A DNA stretch of 63,337 bases, the filler included, from Reclinomonas americana ATCC 50394 (Eukaryota), in assembly GCA_048213135.1 (NCBI GenBank). It is 14 parts of 14 records of this genome, joined end to end, with 100 filler letters (N's around TTAATTAATTAA, not from the genome) between each part and the next. Parts side by side here need not be neighbours in the genome. Positions count along the whole stretch, not along the records: positions 19,344 to 27,810 come from AFZH01019289.1; positions 27,911 to 30,684 come from AFZH01019290.1; positions 30,785 to 34,392 come from AFZH01019291.1; positions 34,493 to 37,352 come from AFZH01019292.1; 10 more parts are not named here. One strand, given 5' to 3'. A program made the position numbers and the translations under genes. This document shows, one piece after another, positions 23,906 through 35,121 of the stretch. How positions within the stretch are numbered: position 1 is the stretch's first letter; each line of letters starts with the position of its first letter. The notes below the pieces were generated by a model. That model ran no database searches and was not told the origin of the DNA. It saw nothing but the letters and a program-made list of their open reading frames with translations.

Positions 23906-26900
23906 ATGGAGTCGCCTTCACTGTTCCTGGCGACAACTCCCACACGAGAGCAGGCCTCCATTTACAAGTTTTACTGCCCCATTTGTTTCCTGTATTATCG
24001 AGGTGAGCAGCAGTCACAGAGAGAGAAGAAGGCAAGAGAAGAGGGAGGTGTGTGCGAGAGAGAGAACAAGCGAATCATACAATGTCATGATTGATTGATC
24101 GTGGGCCCTTCCAATCAACTCCCTCACTCGTCGTGCTCACAGACATTTACAAGACGCGCTGCTGCAAGCACTACATCTGTGAGACATGCGCCATGGGAAT
24201 CCTACAACGTTGTGTCTCTCTGTGTGTGTGATTATGATGCGCGCGGGATATCATCTCATGTTGTTGTTGTTGCATGTGTGTCAGGTGCCGACACACTGGC
24301 GGCCGCCGCCAACATTGACGAGTCAGAGGTGGAACTGGAGTGTCCATACTGTACACTGTCGCCACTGGAGCTGGAGACAGTGGAGATGTTTGAGCCGATT
24401 CGTTTGTACACTGATAGCCCGAGCACAGCAGCTAGAGTTGCGCGCTCTCACTGTGTGCCCGCCCACACCACTGTGTCTCACGTCAACCGTGTTTGTGTTA
24501 GCTGGCTGCTCGTGGCGGCAGCGGCTGCGGTGGAGACCAGGAGAGTGACAGGGGAAGCGGGCGACTGAGTGCCACCGATCGCAAGCTGGCGTTTGATGGA
24601 CCACTGGCCGGCGGCAAGGAGTTTGACTCGTTGTCGCGCACCAGTCATCAGTCGGGCGGCGAGAAAGAGAATGTTGAGTCGTGTGTGTGTTTGGAGTGAG
24701 AGGTGCGAGGTGTGAGGTTCTCACTGGCTGTTGTTGTTGCGGCACGTTGCAGCAGCTGCCTCCTCGACCCAAGCGCATTCGCTCCGCTCCTCATTCGCGG
24801 TCTCACGGCAGCCGCGTGCGGTTACCTCCGTTGCACTTTCGTCAAGTTGGTGCGTGTGGTGGTGGTGGTTTGTAGAGTGTCATGCGTGTGTCTTTGAGCT
24901 GACGAGCTGTGTGTGTGCAGGTGTGCTGCCCAATTCGCTGCACTCGCCCATGTCGGCCACGGTGGGTTCGCGTTCTCGCATCATCAGCAGTGCCAGCCCA
25001 CGGCCGGCGGGTGCACATGGAGCTGCTCAACAAGGGCCGAGCGGAGTCATGCAGTCGCTCGAGTATCCGATGTCGGTGAACATGCAGCCGGAGGTCAGTT
25101 GTCCGCACTGCGTGGTATTTTCTTTGTGTGTTCACGCTCACTTGGTGTGTGTGCACGCACAGAGTCCCGGGGCTCCTGGGCGCTACAGTCCACCCGATAC
25201 GGCGTCGCACGCGGGCTCCTCGCAGAATCCACCCATTCGCGGCTTCAGCGTGTGGGAGGACGACGATGAGGCTCCGCATGTGGACGACGATGACATGGGC
25301 GACGACGACGACGGAGTGGAAGAGATGATGGCAGCCGATGGTCACTTTGTGGCCAGCCGCAGCCAGCGGAGACCACCACTCAGTGGGCAGAGAAGGCGGC
25401 GAAGTGGGCGCGACCGGGACAGCGATGCGTCGGCGCGAGCTGGGCACGACGCTGGCGGCGGCGGTGGCGGCGACCGGGAGTCGTCAGAGGAACTCGAATT
25501 CACAGGAGCTGTGCCGCCACGGCTGTTTCCGCCACCGGCCATGCAACAGCAGTCGCCGGGTCGACTGCTGCACTCGTTTTCACCAATTGCCATGGCTGGC
25601 GTCATGAGCAGTGTGTCGTCGCCCAACATTATGCAATATCAGGCCAGCGGCAGTGGAGCGAATGCGGCCAGCGAGCAGGGAGCGTTGGATGCTACCGCTG
25701 AGCAGTTGGTGCACTTGTTTGGACCACAAGCATTACACATTCGCGATGCTGAGCAGCAGGGAGCTGGTGAGCTGGATAAGGGCGCAGCTGACTGCGTACC
25801 GCGATGCTAACTCATTGTTGTCTCTGTAGGTGCTGGTGGTGGACGTGCTCATCGCCGCTACTCGTCCTGTCTAAGCGATCTCGGCGATCACTCGGCACGC
25901 AGTATAGGCGCGGTCGTGGGTTCGGCGCGTTTGCCGCCGCGTGCGCCATCGCCCGGTGACGTGGATCGCGTGTTTAGTGGCATTGTGGGTGAACGACCAA
26001 GTTCGAGTCGTTCGTCGCACTACCGCCCACACGCCGACGACGATTACGAGGTTGACAATGGTGCTGGAGGTGGCAGTGGGAGCGACAATCCTGCTGTTGG
26101 TCAGGACGCGGAGGCGCTGTACACACTGCCGTCAACCGACTTGTTCGAGTCGGCCGCGGCCGCTGCCGCAGCGGCGGCGTCATTATCGTCATCGTCGTCG
26201 GTGAATCGTCGTCGACCAATGTCGGTGCCGTCGGGAGGTGCTCTGGAGAAGCGACACTCATTATCGTCGCTCATGGCGCCAGTGGCCGGCGAAGGGGCTG
26301 TGTTGGTGGGAATCGGGGGGCGCGGTGCGGTGGCCAGCGGGGCGCCGATTGGTCGGCGGCGCTCCTCGGTCAGTTCGAGCTCAGCCAGTCACAGTCCAGT
26401 GGACGATCCCGTGCCGGACGCGCTGCGAAGACCCGACGGCTCCGCGGCCGGTTCTGGTGCAGCAGCGTCCGCCGATCCCGCTGACTCGGTGGTGGGCGCA
26501 GGCGGTGCCATGCCGCCGCCGCCGCTGATGATGGACAGCTTGGATATGATGGACATGCCGAGATTCGGTGAAATCGTGCCGCCGTCCCCATTCGGTGGGC
26601 CCGCGCCACCGCCGTTGCACCATCAGCAGCACCACCAACAGCACCAGCAGTCGCAAGCTTCGCGCGTCGTCGACGTCCGCGCCTTGAGATTACGCAAGCG
26701 GCAGCAGGAGCAGCGGGCACTAGGCAACAGTGACTCTGCGGCACAAGATCGTGGCGGTGAGTCGGAGGTGCTGCCGCCCTTCCGTGACGCATCGGTGGTC
26801 GGATCGCCGGATCGACTCGACAACGGCTCGAGTGCGAGCGCCACGCAGTCGATGCGCGAGATACGGCACCGATCTCGCGTTGTCGATCAGGCCGACATGG

Positions 26901-26950
26901 CGGGTGGTGGATGTGGGTGTGGACCGCGTTCCGCGTGTGTCGTGTTGTAA
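23906..26950 (+). CDS. RING-type zinc finger protein (Sip5/DA2-like CPICFLYY) with long disordered tail and C-terminal CaaX box
   Basis: YCPICFLYYRDIYKTRCCKHYICETC..CPYC; ends GGGCGCGPRSACVVL*. Confidence 0.7.
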
Positions 26951-27106
26951 CAAGAGAAAAGCAGTGAGGAATCAATGTGTGTGTGTGTGTGTGTATAATG
27001 TTTGTTTGGGGGAAATGAAAAGAAGTGATTTAGATTGTGTGAATTTTTTCAATGCAAAAACCTCGCTTGCGTGAGTTGCGAGAAACCACCATCACGTGGG
27101 GTGGTG

Positions 27107-29886
27107 CTACGTACTGCCACCGCCGACATCACCGTCCTCCCAATCCATACCACCGCCGCCACCACCACCGCCGCCGCCAACGGGTTGCGGGGTCGAGGCC
27201 GTGTCCGGCACCGCCTCGTACGACAGTGAGTCGGCCGGTCCCAGCGCCCACGGATTCACCGCCGGACCAGCCCACTGCTGCGGAATCGGCCCGTCTTCGA
27301 GGCCGAGTGCGACCGGTGCGGGATGGTCGTCCGCGAATGGCGGGTGTACGGGTGGAGGCAGTGGTACAAACGGCAGCTGTACGAAGCGAGAGAATGAGCC
27401 ATCATGAACATACTACAGAGAACGAGGGAACATTGGTGTCTCACCTGGTGCATGTAGCAAAAGTCGTAAAACTCGGGGAACAGTTCGACGGTGAAGGTGG
27501 GTTGCTCGCCACTCCTACGGCGATGATACATGAGGACTATGGAAGAAGACGGTGAAGAAGATAAAGAGAACATAATACGCAACTCGACCAGCTCGTGTGC
27601 CAGATCCTCCACCAGGGTCGGGTGGAAGCGCGACATTTCTCGCAAAAGCAGAGCGCGCAGGTTGGGTTCATTGCCGGGGATTTGCTCAAAGGTGGTGTCG
27701 AAGATGGCCGCGTGGCTCTGAGGGGAGGAGAGAGGGGGGAAGGGTGAGGAGAGGGTGAGGAAAGGGGGAAGGGGGGAAGGGGGGAGGAGGGGAAAGGGGG
27801 GAAGGGGGAANNNNNNNNNNNNNNNNNNNNNNNNNNNNNNNNNNNNNNNNNNNNTTAATTAATTAANNNNNNNNNNNNNNNNNNNNNNNNNNNNNNNNNN
27901 NNNNNNNNNNGGGGGAGTGACAAGGGGGAGTGACAAGGGGGAGTGACAAGGGGGAGTGACGAGGGGGAGTGACGAGGGGGAGTGACGAGGGGGAGTGACG
28001 AGGGGGAGTGACGAGGGGGAGTGACGAGGGGGAGTGACGAGGGGGAGTGACGAGGGGGGAGTGACGAGGGGGACATCGAGGCAGAAGAGCGAGCTGATTC
28101 GACTCACCTCAGACAGCGGATCACCATCACTGACACCACGGGCAAGTCCAAAGTCGCAAATCTGTGACACGGCAGTGAGAAATTCGAAAAGTACGAGAGG
28201 GTGATGTACACAAAGAGAGACAAGCCAAGCAAAGAGTCGGAAACAAGGTTGGAAAGACGAGACATCCCCCGCCCCTGCCACGCGCCTTCAAATCACAATC
28301 CTCATTCAACAAGATATTTTGCGGTTTCAGATCACTGTGAACACGAGAAGCGGTGAGCAAGTGCACGCAGAGGTTGATGAATGAAGCGCCACCTACCGAT
28401 GCAGTACACCAGCAGTGTGCATGTGATGCAGTCCGCGACACAACAGCAACATGAACCATTGAATATGCTGCGCACTCAGCTCGTGCTCACTCTCCAGCAC
28501 CTCTGCTAGTGTTGTTTGCTGCGGAAGCATCGTCAGATCAGCAAAAGAAGAAGCGAGGAGAACGACATAGGCCATGAATGTACCATGATCTCCATTCCCA
28601 AGTACCTGTGTGTGCGAAAACGAAATTGAGTCGCAGGCGGAGAGAGACGCAGCAGGCAGCGAGAAAACGCAACAGCTCAGTGAAGTGTAGTAGGCTGGCG
28701 GGGCGGTCGAGATGCACGAGGGATACAATCTGTGGAGAGGAAGGGAGCGAGTGAGGATTTGAGGGGCAAGAGAGGGAGGAACAGCAGATGCAAGCGCGAG
28801 TGTGTGAGAGGGCGGGAGGGAGAGAAGACACGAGAGGAAGGGAGTGCTGACAACACTCCTCGAACTGAACATGCACAATGAGAGGAAACAGACAGAATGA
28901 CACACTGGGACATGCAGCTCGAGTGTGCGTGAGTGAGCATTGAGGGACCCAATGACGCAAAAACGCAACATTCTCATGCTGCATATGAGACAACAGCTTG
29001 ATCTCGCGCACATACTTGCGAGTGTGCGACAAGCGATGAAACACATTCGTGAGCTTCTTGATGGCCACATTGCTGCAAATCGAAAAATGAATCAATCATC
29101 AATGAGAGAGAGAGAGAGGCAGAGAGAGAGGCAGAGAGAGAGAGAGAAAGAGAGGAGAAAGTGGGAGGGAGGGAGAGGGAGGGAGAGCGTGAGTGAGCGT
29201 GTGAGAGTGTGTGCGTGTGTGTGAGAGTGAGATTGAGAGTGAGAGAGAGAGAGACAGACAGACAGACAGAGAGTACGTGCGACAGTGAGTGAGTGTGTGA
29301 GTGTGTGAGAGTGTGTAAGTGTGTGTGTGTGTGTCTGTCTGTGTGTGCATTGTATGTGTGCATTGTGTGTGTGCATTGTGTGTGTAAGAAGAGTCGAAAC
29401 GCACTGTCCAGTGACCACATCGAATGCCGTTGCCACAGTGCCAAACCTACAAAGAGTAAGAGAGCAAGAGAGTAAGAGAGTGTGTGTAAGAGTGTGTGTG
29501 TCACACACACATGAAACATGGTCACGCAACGCGCCGCGCCCGAGCTTGTGCAATGGCGGTTGAAAGCGCCCCTCAATGTCAAACATAACCCCGTCGACAT
29601 CCTCGCGTGTGCGGTTGCCTATCAAGTGGAACTGGGGTGCTTGCAGGGCGACTACTACTTCACCTCCTCCTCCTCCTCCTCCTCCTCTTGCAAGAGCGCC
29701 ACTGTCTTCGTCTTGTTCTTCTTCTTCGTCGTCGTCGTCACCGTGTTGGTGCAGTTCGTAGGGGGGAGGATAGCCGCTCATTCGTTGTGTGATATGAAGT
29801 CGACTTATGTGGGACGGGACTTGTTCTGGCGGGTTTTCCATTGAAATCCGGCAAGCTTCCGTCGACGTCTTGTTGCGTGCAGACAT
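27107..29886 (-). CDS. MAP kinase-like CMGC protein kinase (copy 1); middle exons lost in spacer; start approximate
   Basis: [65 protein letters not shown]. Confidence 0.88.
27911..28073. repeat. G-rich 13-bp minisatellite (GGGGGAGTGAC(G/A)A) about 12 copies, intronic
   Basis: Directly visible tandem array next to a contig end. Confidence 0.9.
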
Positions 29887-30232
29887 GATTGATGGATGAT
29901 GATAAGGCGGTGATGTTCTACGTGAGCGAGGTGGCTTGGGGATCGCGATTGGGCAGGCAGCGACGTCGACCGTTTCCGAACAAGCTTGCACTTGTACAAA
30001 ACTTTACTAATCTACAACAACTTTACTAACAACAACAACAACTTTACTAATCCAAACAGCAGCAGCTGCATGATGATCCAAACAGCAACACAGCTACTCG
30101 ATGATCACCATCTTGAGTGAGCACCAGAAACTGAGGCATTACGGAAACAGTGAGAAAAAGTCAAGTTGCCGGATGCTGGTCTCTGCAAGAGAAACAAACA
30201 AAACACTTCATTCACCACATTCCAATAATGCG

Positions 30233-30539
30233 TTGGTCATCAAGACAGCTGTTGCTTGTTTGTTGGTGAATGAATTGTTGTTGTATTGTCCACAAATCCC
30301 TTGCCGACGATGACCATTGGCACAAACCACGCTGCGGGTCGTGACAAGCATGCAATAAGGTGCTTCGCATGAGCAAGCCGAGGTGTGTTACGTGTTAGCG
30401 TCGAGGCTGTTTACGCAGTAGGAGAGTACGACGCGACAGGCGGTCGGGCGATTGGGAGTGAAGGAAACTGCAGTCCGAAAACGGCAAACAACAACAATTC
30501 ATTCACCAACAAACAAGCAACAGCTGTCTTGATGACCAA
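30233..30539. repeat. Perfect 52-bp inverted repeat (arms 30233-30284 and 30488-30539)
   Basis: TTGGTCATCAAGACAGCTGTTGCTTGTTTGTTGGTGAATGAATTGTTGTTGT and its exact reverse complement. Confidence 0.9.
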
Positions 30540-31485
30540 GTTCAACCGTATCCAAAACATCAACACTGACACCAATCTTGAGGCAGCAGCAGGTTCCTTG
30601 TGTGTGTGTGTGTGTGTTCGCTCTCGGAGCTCCGAACAAGTCGAGAACTGCGATCTTCACCGCATAAGCGTGGTTGACCAGTGGNNNNNNNNNNNNNNNN
30701 NNNNNNNNNNNNNNNNNNNNNNNNNNNNTTAATTAATTAANNNNNNNNNNNNNNNNNNNNNNNNNNNNNNNNNNNNNNNNNNNNATTTGACGCACTTGCA
30801 TAAGACGCATAGCGTTTTCTGCGATCGTACACGGCACATCGAATTCGGGAAAAGGCCATAAGCCAGGCAAACAAAGCAAAGCTGGGTCCGGATCCGTGAA
30901 GCAGGCAAATCCAAAAACAGTGGTGGTGTCGCGATCGTACGTTGCAATGGAGAAGACAGATCGTACAGGCAAAGGATGCAGAAAGGAAGACATGCTCTGA
31001 TGCTGGATAGTGAGCTGCAGCGAGAGAAACATGAATCGGAAATGGGCGTGCTGTCACGTTCGGATTCGCGATATCGATTATCATCGATTGCTTTTTGCAG
31101 TCGCACTCGCTGTCGATTTCCCGCACGGCCACTTTTAACATCAGCAGCGACAGCTCCGCAAAGCTCCACCTGCACATGTCACGACCGCATCACAATTATT
31201 CCCCTCGGGCTCGAACACGCGTACGACGCATATTCGCACGTCGAATCTCCGATATTTCGCCTCACACACACCACCCGCCTCATCGCCGCACCTCGCCCAC
31301 TCACCTCCTCCACTCCATCTCCCCCCACCACCGCAATACCGCCACAACCACTCGCCATTCACTCATATCGACGCAGATTCGATTGTCCGCTGCGCGCGCG
31401 AGTCACTTCTCCATCAACACAATCACACACAGCGCGCGCGCGTGAGCCGTGGCCGCATCGCACACACCATCGCGTGTGTCATACT

Positions 31486-32270
31486 ATGTCATTATCGCCA
31501 CCACCACAAGCACACATCACCTCGCCCACCGCCACTCTCAACATGACGCACGGAGACGAACCCGACGAAACAACAACAACAACAACAGCTGCTGCCGCTG
31601 CTGCTGGTGAAGACACACACCAGCACGCCACACGCGGACCCACTCGCCACGCACGCACTCGCGGAACAGGCGGAGTTCATCGGCAGAGAAAGGCGCGATT
31701 CGGCGGCTCCAGCTCCTCTCTCGACTCGCACTCCGCCACCAAGGCAGACGACGACGATGACGACGCTGATCGCCGCTCGCCTTCTGTGCCTTTGGCGCCT
31801 CCACCTCCCTCGCCCAAAGTGCCTCCGGAGATGAGTGCCATGGTGGCGCCTGTGGCAGTCGCGGCCTTGGCCAGCACCAGTGGGAAGGACGCCAAGTTGG
31901 AGTCGCGCTATGTGCTGTTGGATGTGTTGGGATCGGGCGCGTTTGGTATCGGTAAGTGCTTTGGGTGAGAGTGAGTGAGTTGGGTGTCTGTGTGTGTGTT
32001 TGTGTGAGAGGTTTGTTTTTGACTTTTTATGGTCATGCCGTGTTTGTGTGCTGTTTTCTCTCTCTCTCTCTCTCTCGTGTTCTCTCTCTCTCTTTCTCTT
32101 CTTCCACTTGCTTTGCGTGTGTGTGCTTTCACTGTCACTGCCTCTCCCCAGCACGTGATCGCGCAGTGGAGGAGTTTCTCTTTGGTCAAGTTTCACTTAT
32201 CGCTCATTCTCACTCTCACTCTCTCACTCTCGCTCTCTCTCTCTCTCACACACACACGCACACTCCCTCG

Positions 32271-32305
<35 letters not shown>

Positions 32306-34568
32306 CTCTGTGTTCGTGTCCGGTTGAGTACTGTGTCTCGTGTACACTCATTATTCATGTGTGTACACAAGCGCATCAGCTCTGCTGTGTGTCGGGTCTC
32401 TCTCTCTGTCTCTCTCCCCCTCTTTTCCTCGCGTGTCTGTTGATCGTCGGGAGTGTGATGACGTGATGAATGTCAAAGTGATCGACACGCCTGTGCTATT
32501 CTCTCGATCGTGAGCGTTCATGTGTGTGTGTCTCTCTCTCTCTCTTCGAGGCCGTGGTGAGCGATGGAGGCCAGTGAGAGCGACAGCGATCGCCTCAGCT
32601 GTTTTGTTATATGTGTTCGGATATGATAGCATCTTTTTTCACCCACGGTGTTTCTCTCTCTCCCTTTCTCTCTATCGCAGTGTGGAAGGCTCGTCACCGA
32701 CAGACCGGTGCCATGTGTGCCATCAAGTTGAACATGTTGGCGGAGGAGGGCCGCGGGCTCTCGTCGGAGCACGTCCACAAGTACCTCCGTGAGTTGCAGA
32801 CGTGGTTGCACATGTCCAAGAACGCAGGCTCGGGTCCACGTGGCGTCGTGCCGCAGGTGCTGGACACGTTGCCTCGAGGTCGACTGGCGGACTTCCCAGA
32901 GTTGTTGCGTGCAGGAGAGGGAGAGAGAGGGGGGAGAGGGGAAAGAGAGGGAGAGGGAGAGGGAGAGGGAGAGGGAAAGGGAGAAGGAAGAGGGAGAAGG
33001 AGAGGGAGGGAAGAAGCAGTCACTCATTCGTCTTGTTGCTTCTGCATTCCCCTCACACACCCTTCTCGTCCCCCCAGCTTCATTGTCAGCGAGCTGATGC
33101 AGACCGACTTGCGGAGATTGCTGGAAAGCCGAATTATTACTTCAGAGCACATTCGGCATGTCATGTACCGCCTGTGTGTCAGCGTGTACAAGAGTTGCGT
33201 GGGGAATGGCGTGATGAATGAGAGAGAGAAAAACATATCCGTGATGCCGACATGCATGCGCCGCAGCTCACTCGGCCGGGATCATGCACCGAGACATCAA
33301 GCCAGCCAACATTCTCGTCAACTACTCCATCAACGCCGAAGACACGCAGGTCAAACTGTGTGATTTTGGTTTGGCACGAGGCGTCGGCTCGCGGCCAGAC
33401 GGCAAGCCGCTCACGGATTACGTGTGCACTCGGTGAGGTCGCACTCTGTGATTGCTTGCATGCACCTCCCAGCAGGCTCACGTGGTGTGTAGCATGTACC
33501 GCGCCCCGGAAATTCTGCTCGACGATCCGTGCTACACACTCAAGGCCGACTGCTGGAGCGTGGGAGCGATTTTCTTGGTCGGTCATCATTTTTGTGGGGG
33601 AAATGGCCGCTCTCGAGTCTGTTTTCTCACACGATGAGTACGTATGCAGGAGTTGTACAGAAGACGACCAGCATTCTGTGGTCGCGACGACACGGATCAG
33701 CTGATCAAGATTCTCGAGTTCACCGGCACCCCCACTGGTTTGTGTCCCCAACACCACCGCCGCTGGCTTGTTTCCCGTGGTCTGTGCATGTCTGACACCC
33801 TCCCTCTGCAGTTGACGACCTGAGCCCTGGCGTGCGAAGCAAGGAGTGGCTCATCGAGCTGTTGCGCAGCATCCCATCGCGGCCCGGTCGGCCACTCCAC
33901 ACCTACCTCAAGCGCGCACTCCATTTCCCGTGTGAAGAAGGTCGGCGCATGTGTGATGAGCGTGCTTTCCCGCCTGCTGTTGTCGTCTCACTCTCTTGTC
34001 TCCCCAGCCGCCGATCTCATCTACGGCCTTCTCGATTTCAATCCCGAGCGCCGTCTGTCCATGGCCGAGGCCATGCAGCATCCATTCTTCGAGGACGTGT
34101 TCAACGAGGCCGATCTCACACCCGTCCCGCTCTTCAACGACAATGTGGAGCACGTAGAGCATTGCGAGGCCAATATGCGCTCCATGTTTTTGACTTGCTT
34201 CGAGAACTTTAATCCGCGGCAAGTCGAGGACCTGAAGATCGAGTTGGATGCGGAGTTGCGTGGTCTCCGTGTTCGCTTGCTCCCTTTGTGCTCCATTGTT
34301 CTTCTCCTTTCCCGTTTCCCCTTTCCCGTTTTACCCTTTGCGCTCCCTCCCTCTTCCCCCCTTTCCCTAATGCCCTTTCCCTTTTGCCCTTTNNNNNNNN
34401 NNNNNNNNNNNNNNNNNNNNNNNNNNNNNNNNNNNNTTAATTAATTAANNNNNNNNNNNNNNNNNNNNNNNNNNNNNNNNNNNNNNNNNNNNTCTCCCCG
34501 ATCCACTGGAACTGCCAAGTCCCGTCGACGTCATGCCACAGTACGACGACGACGAGATGTCTTCATAG
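31486..34568 (+). CDS. MAP kinase-like CMGC protein kinase (copy 2) with TDY activation loop
   Basis: [94 protein letters not shown]. Confidence 0.9.
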
Positions 34569-35121
34569 CCTCGAAAGGGCCTCCACAATCTGTACCATCA
34601 CCATTCATTCTCTTTATCTCGCTGTGCATGTGTGTTGCAACGCCACGCTTTTTGACTTGCGCGACGCGTTGAGTTGTTTAAGTTCTCCTCTTCCTCTTTC
34701 GCTTTTTTGACACCTCTTGAGTTACTAGTATGTGTGTGTTCGCGTAAAAAACAATTGGCAATCCGGTCATGGATCTGTGGAGGGCGGAGGGAGGGGGCGG
34801 ATGGGAAGTGGGTTTCTTAGCGGTCTATTTGCCTTGGTGGCATACGCTGAGCGGCGGAGGGCTTCACACCCGTGACCGTTGACCTCTTCTCATGGCTCAT
34901 TGCCCTCCACCTTTTGCAGTGCCCTTGACTGCTTCCCGTACGGCAGAAGTTGGAGCTGCGGAAATCGATTCGACAATCGTGCACTGGGTACGACCTATGC
35001 TACTAGTCGTGCTCCTACACCCGCCGAGTCGTCCACGTGAAGGAGAAAACGACGAGAAGTCGCGGAAAAGAAACCGTCCTGCACGTCCCTGGTTTTGCAA
35101 TTGTCAAATCGGGCCGTCAAG

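Noticed and set aside
27911..28073. Telomeric repeat
   Set aside because: Lies inside a kinase intron with coding exons on both sides of the gap; the 13-bp unit does not resemble the common telomere repeats.
30785..31130. GATC/CGATCG-rich stretch as a mobile-element remnant
   Set aside because: Short palindromes recur, but no termini, ORF or second copy could be identified.
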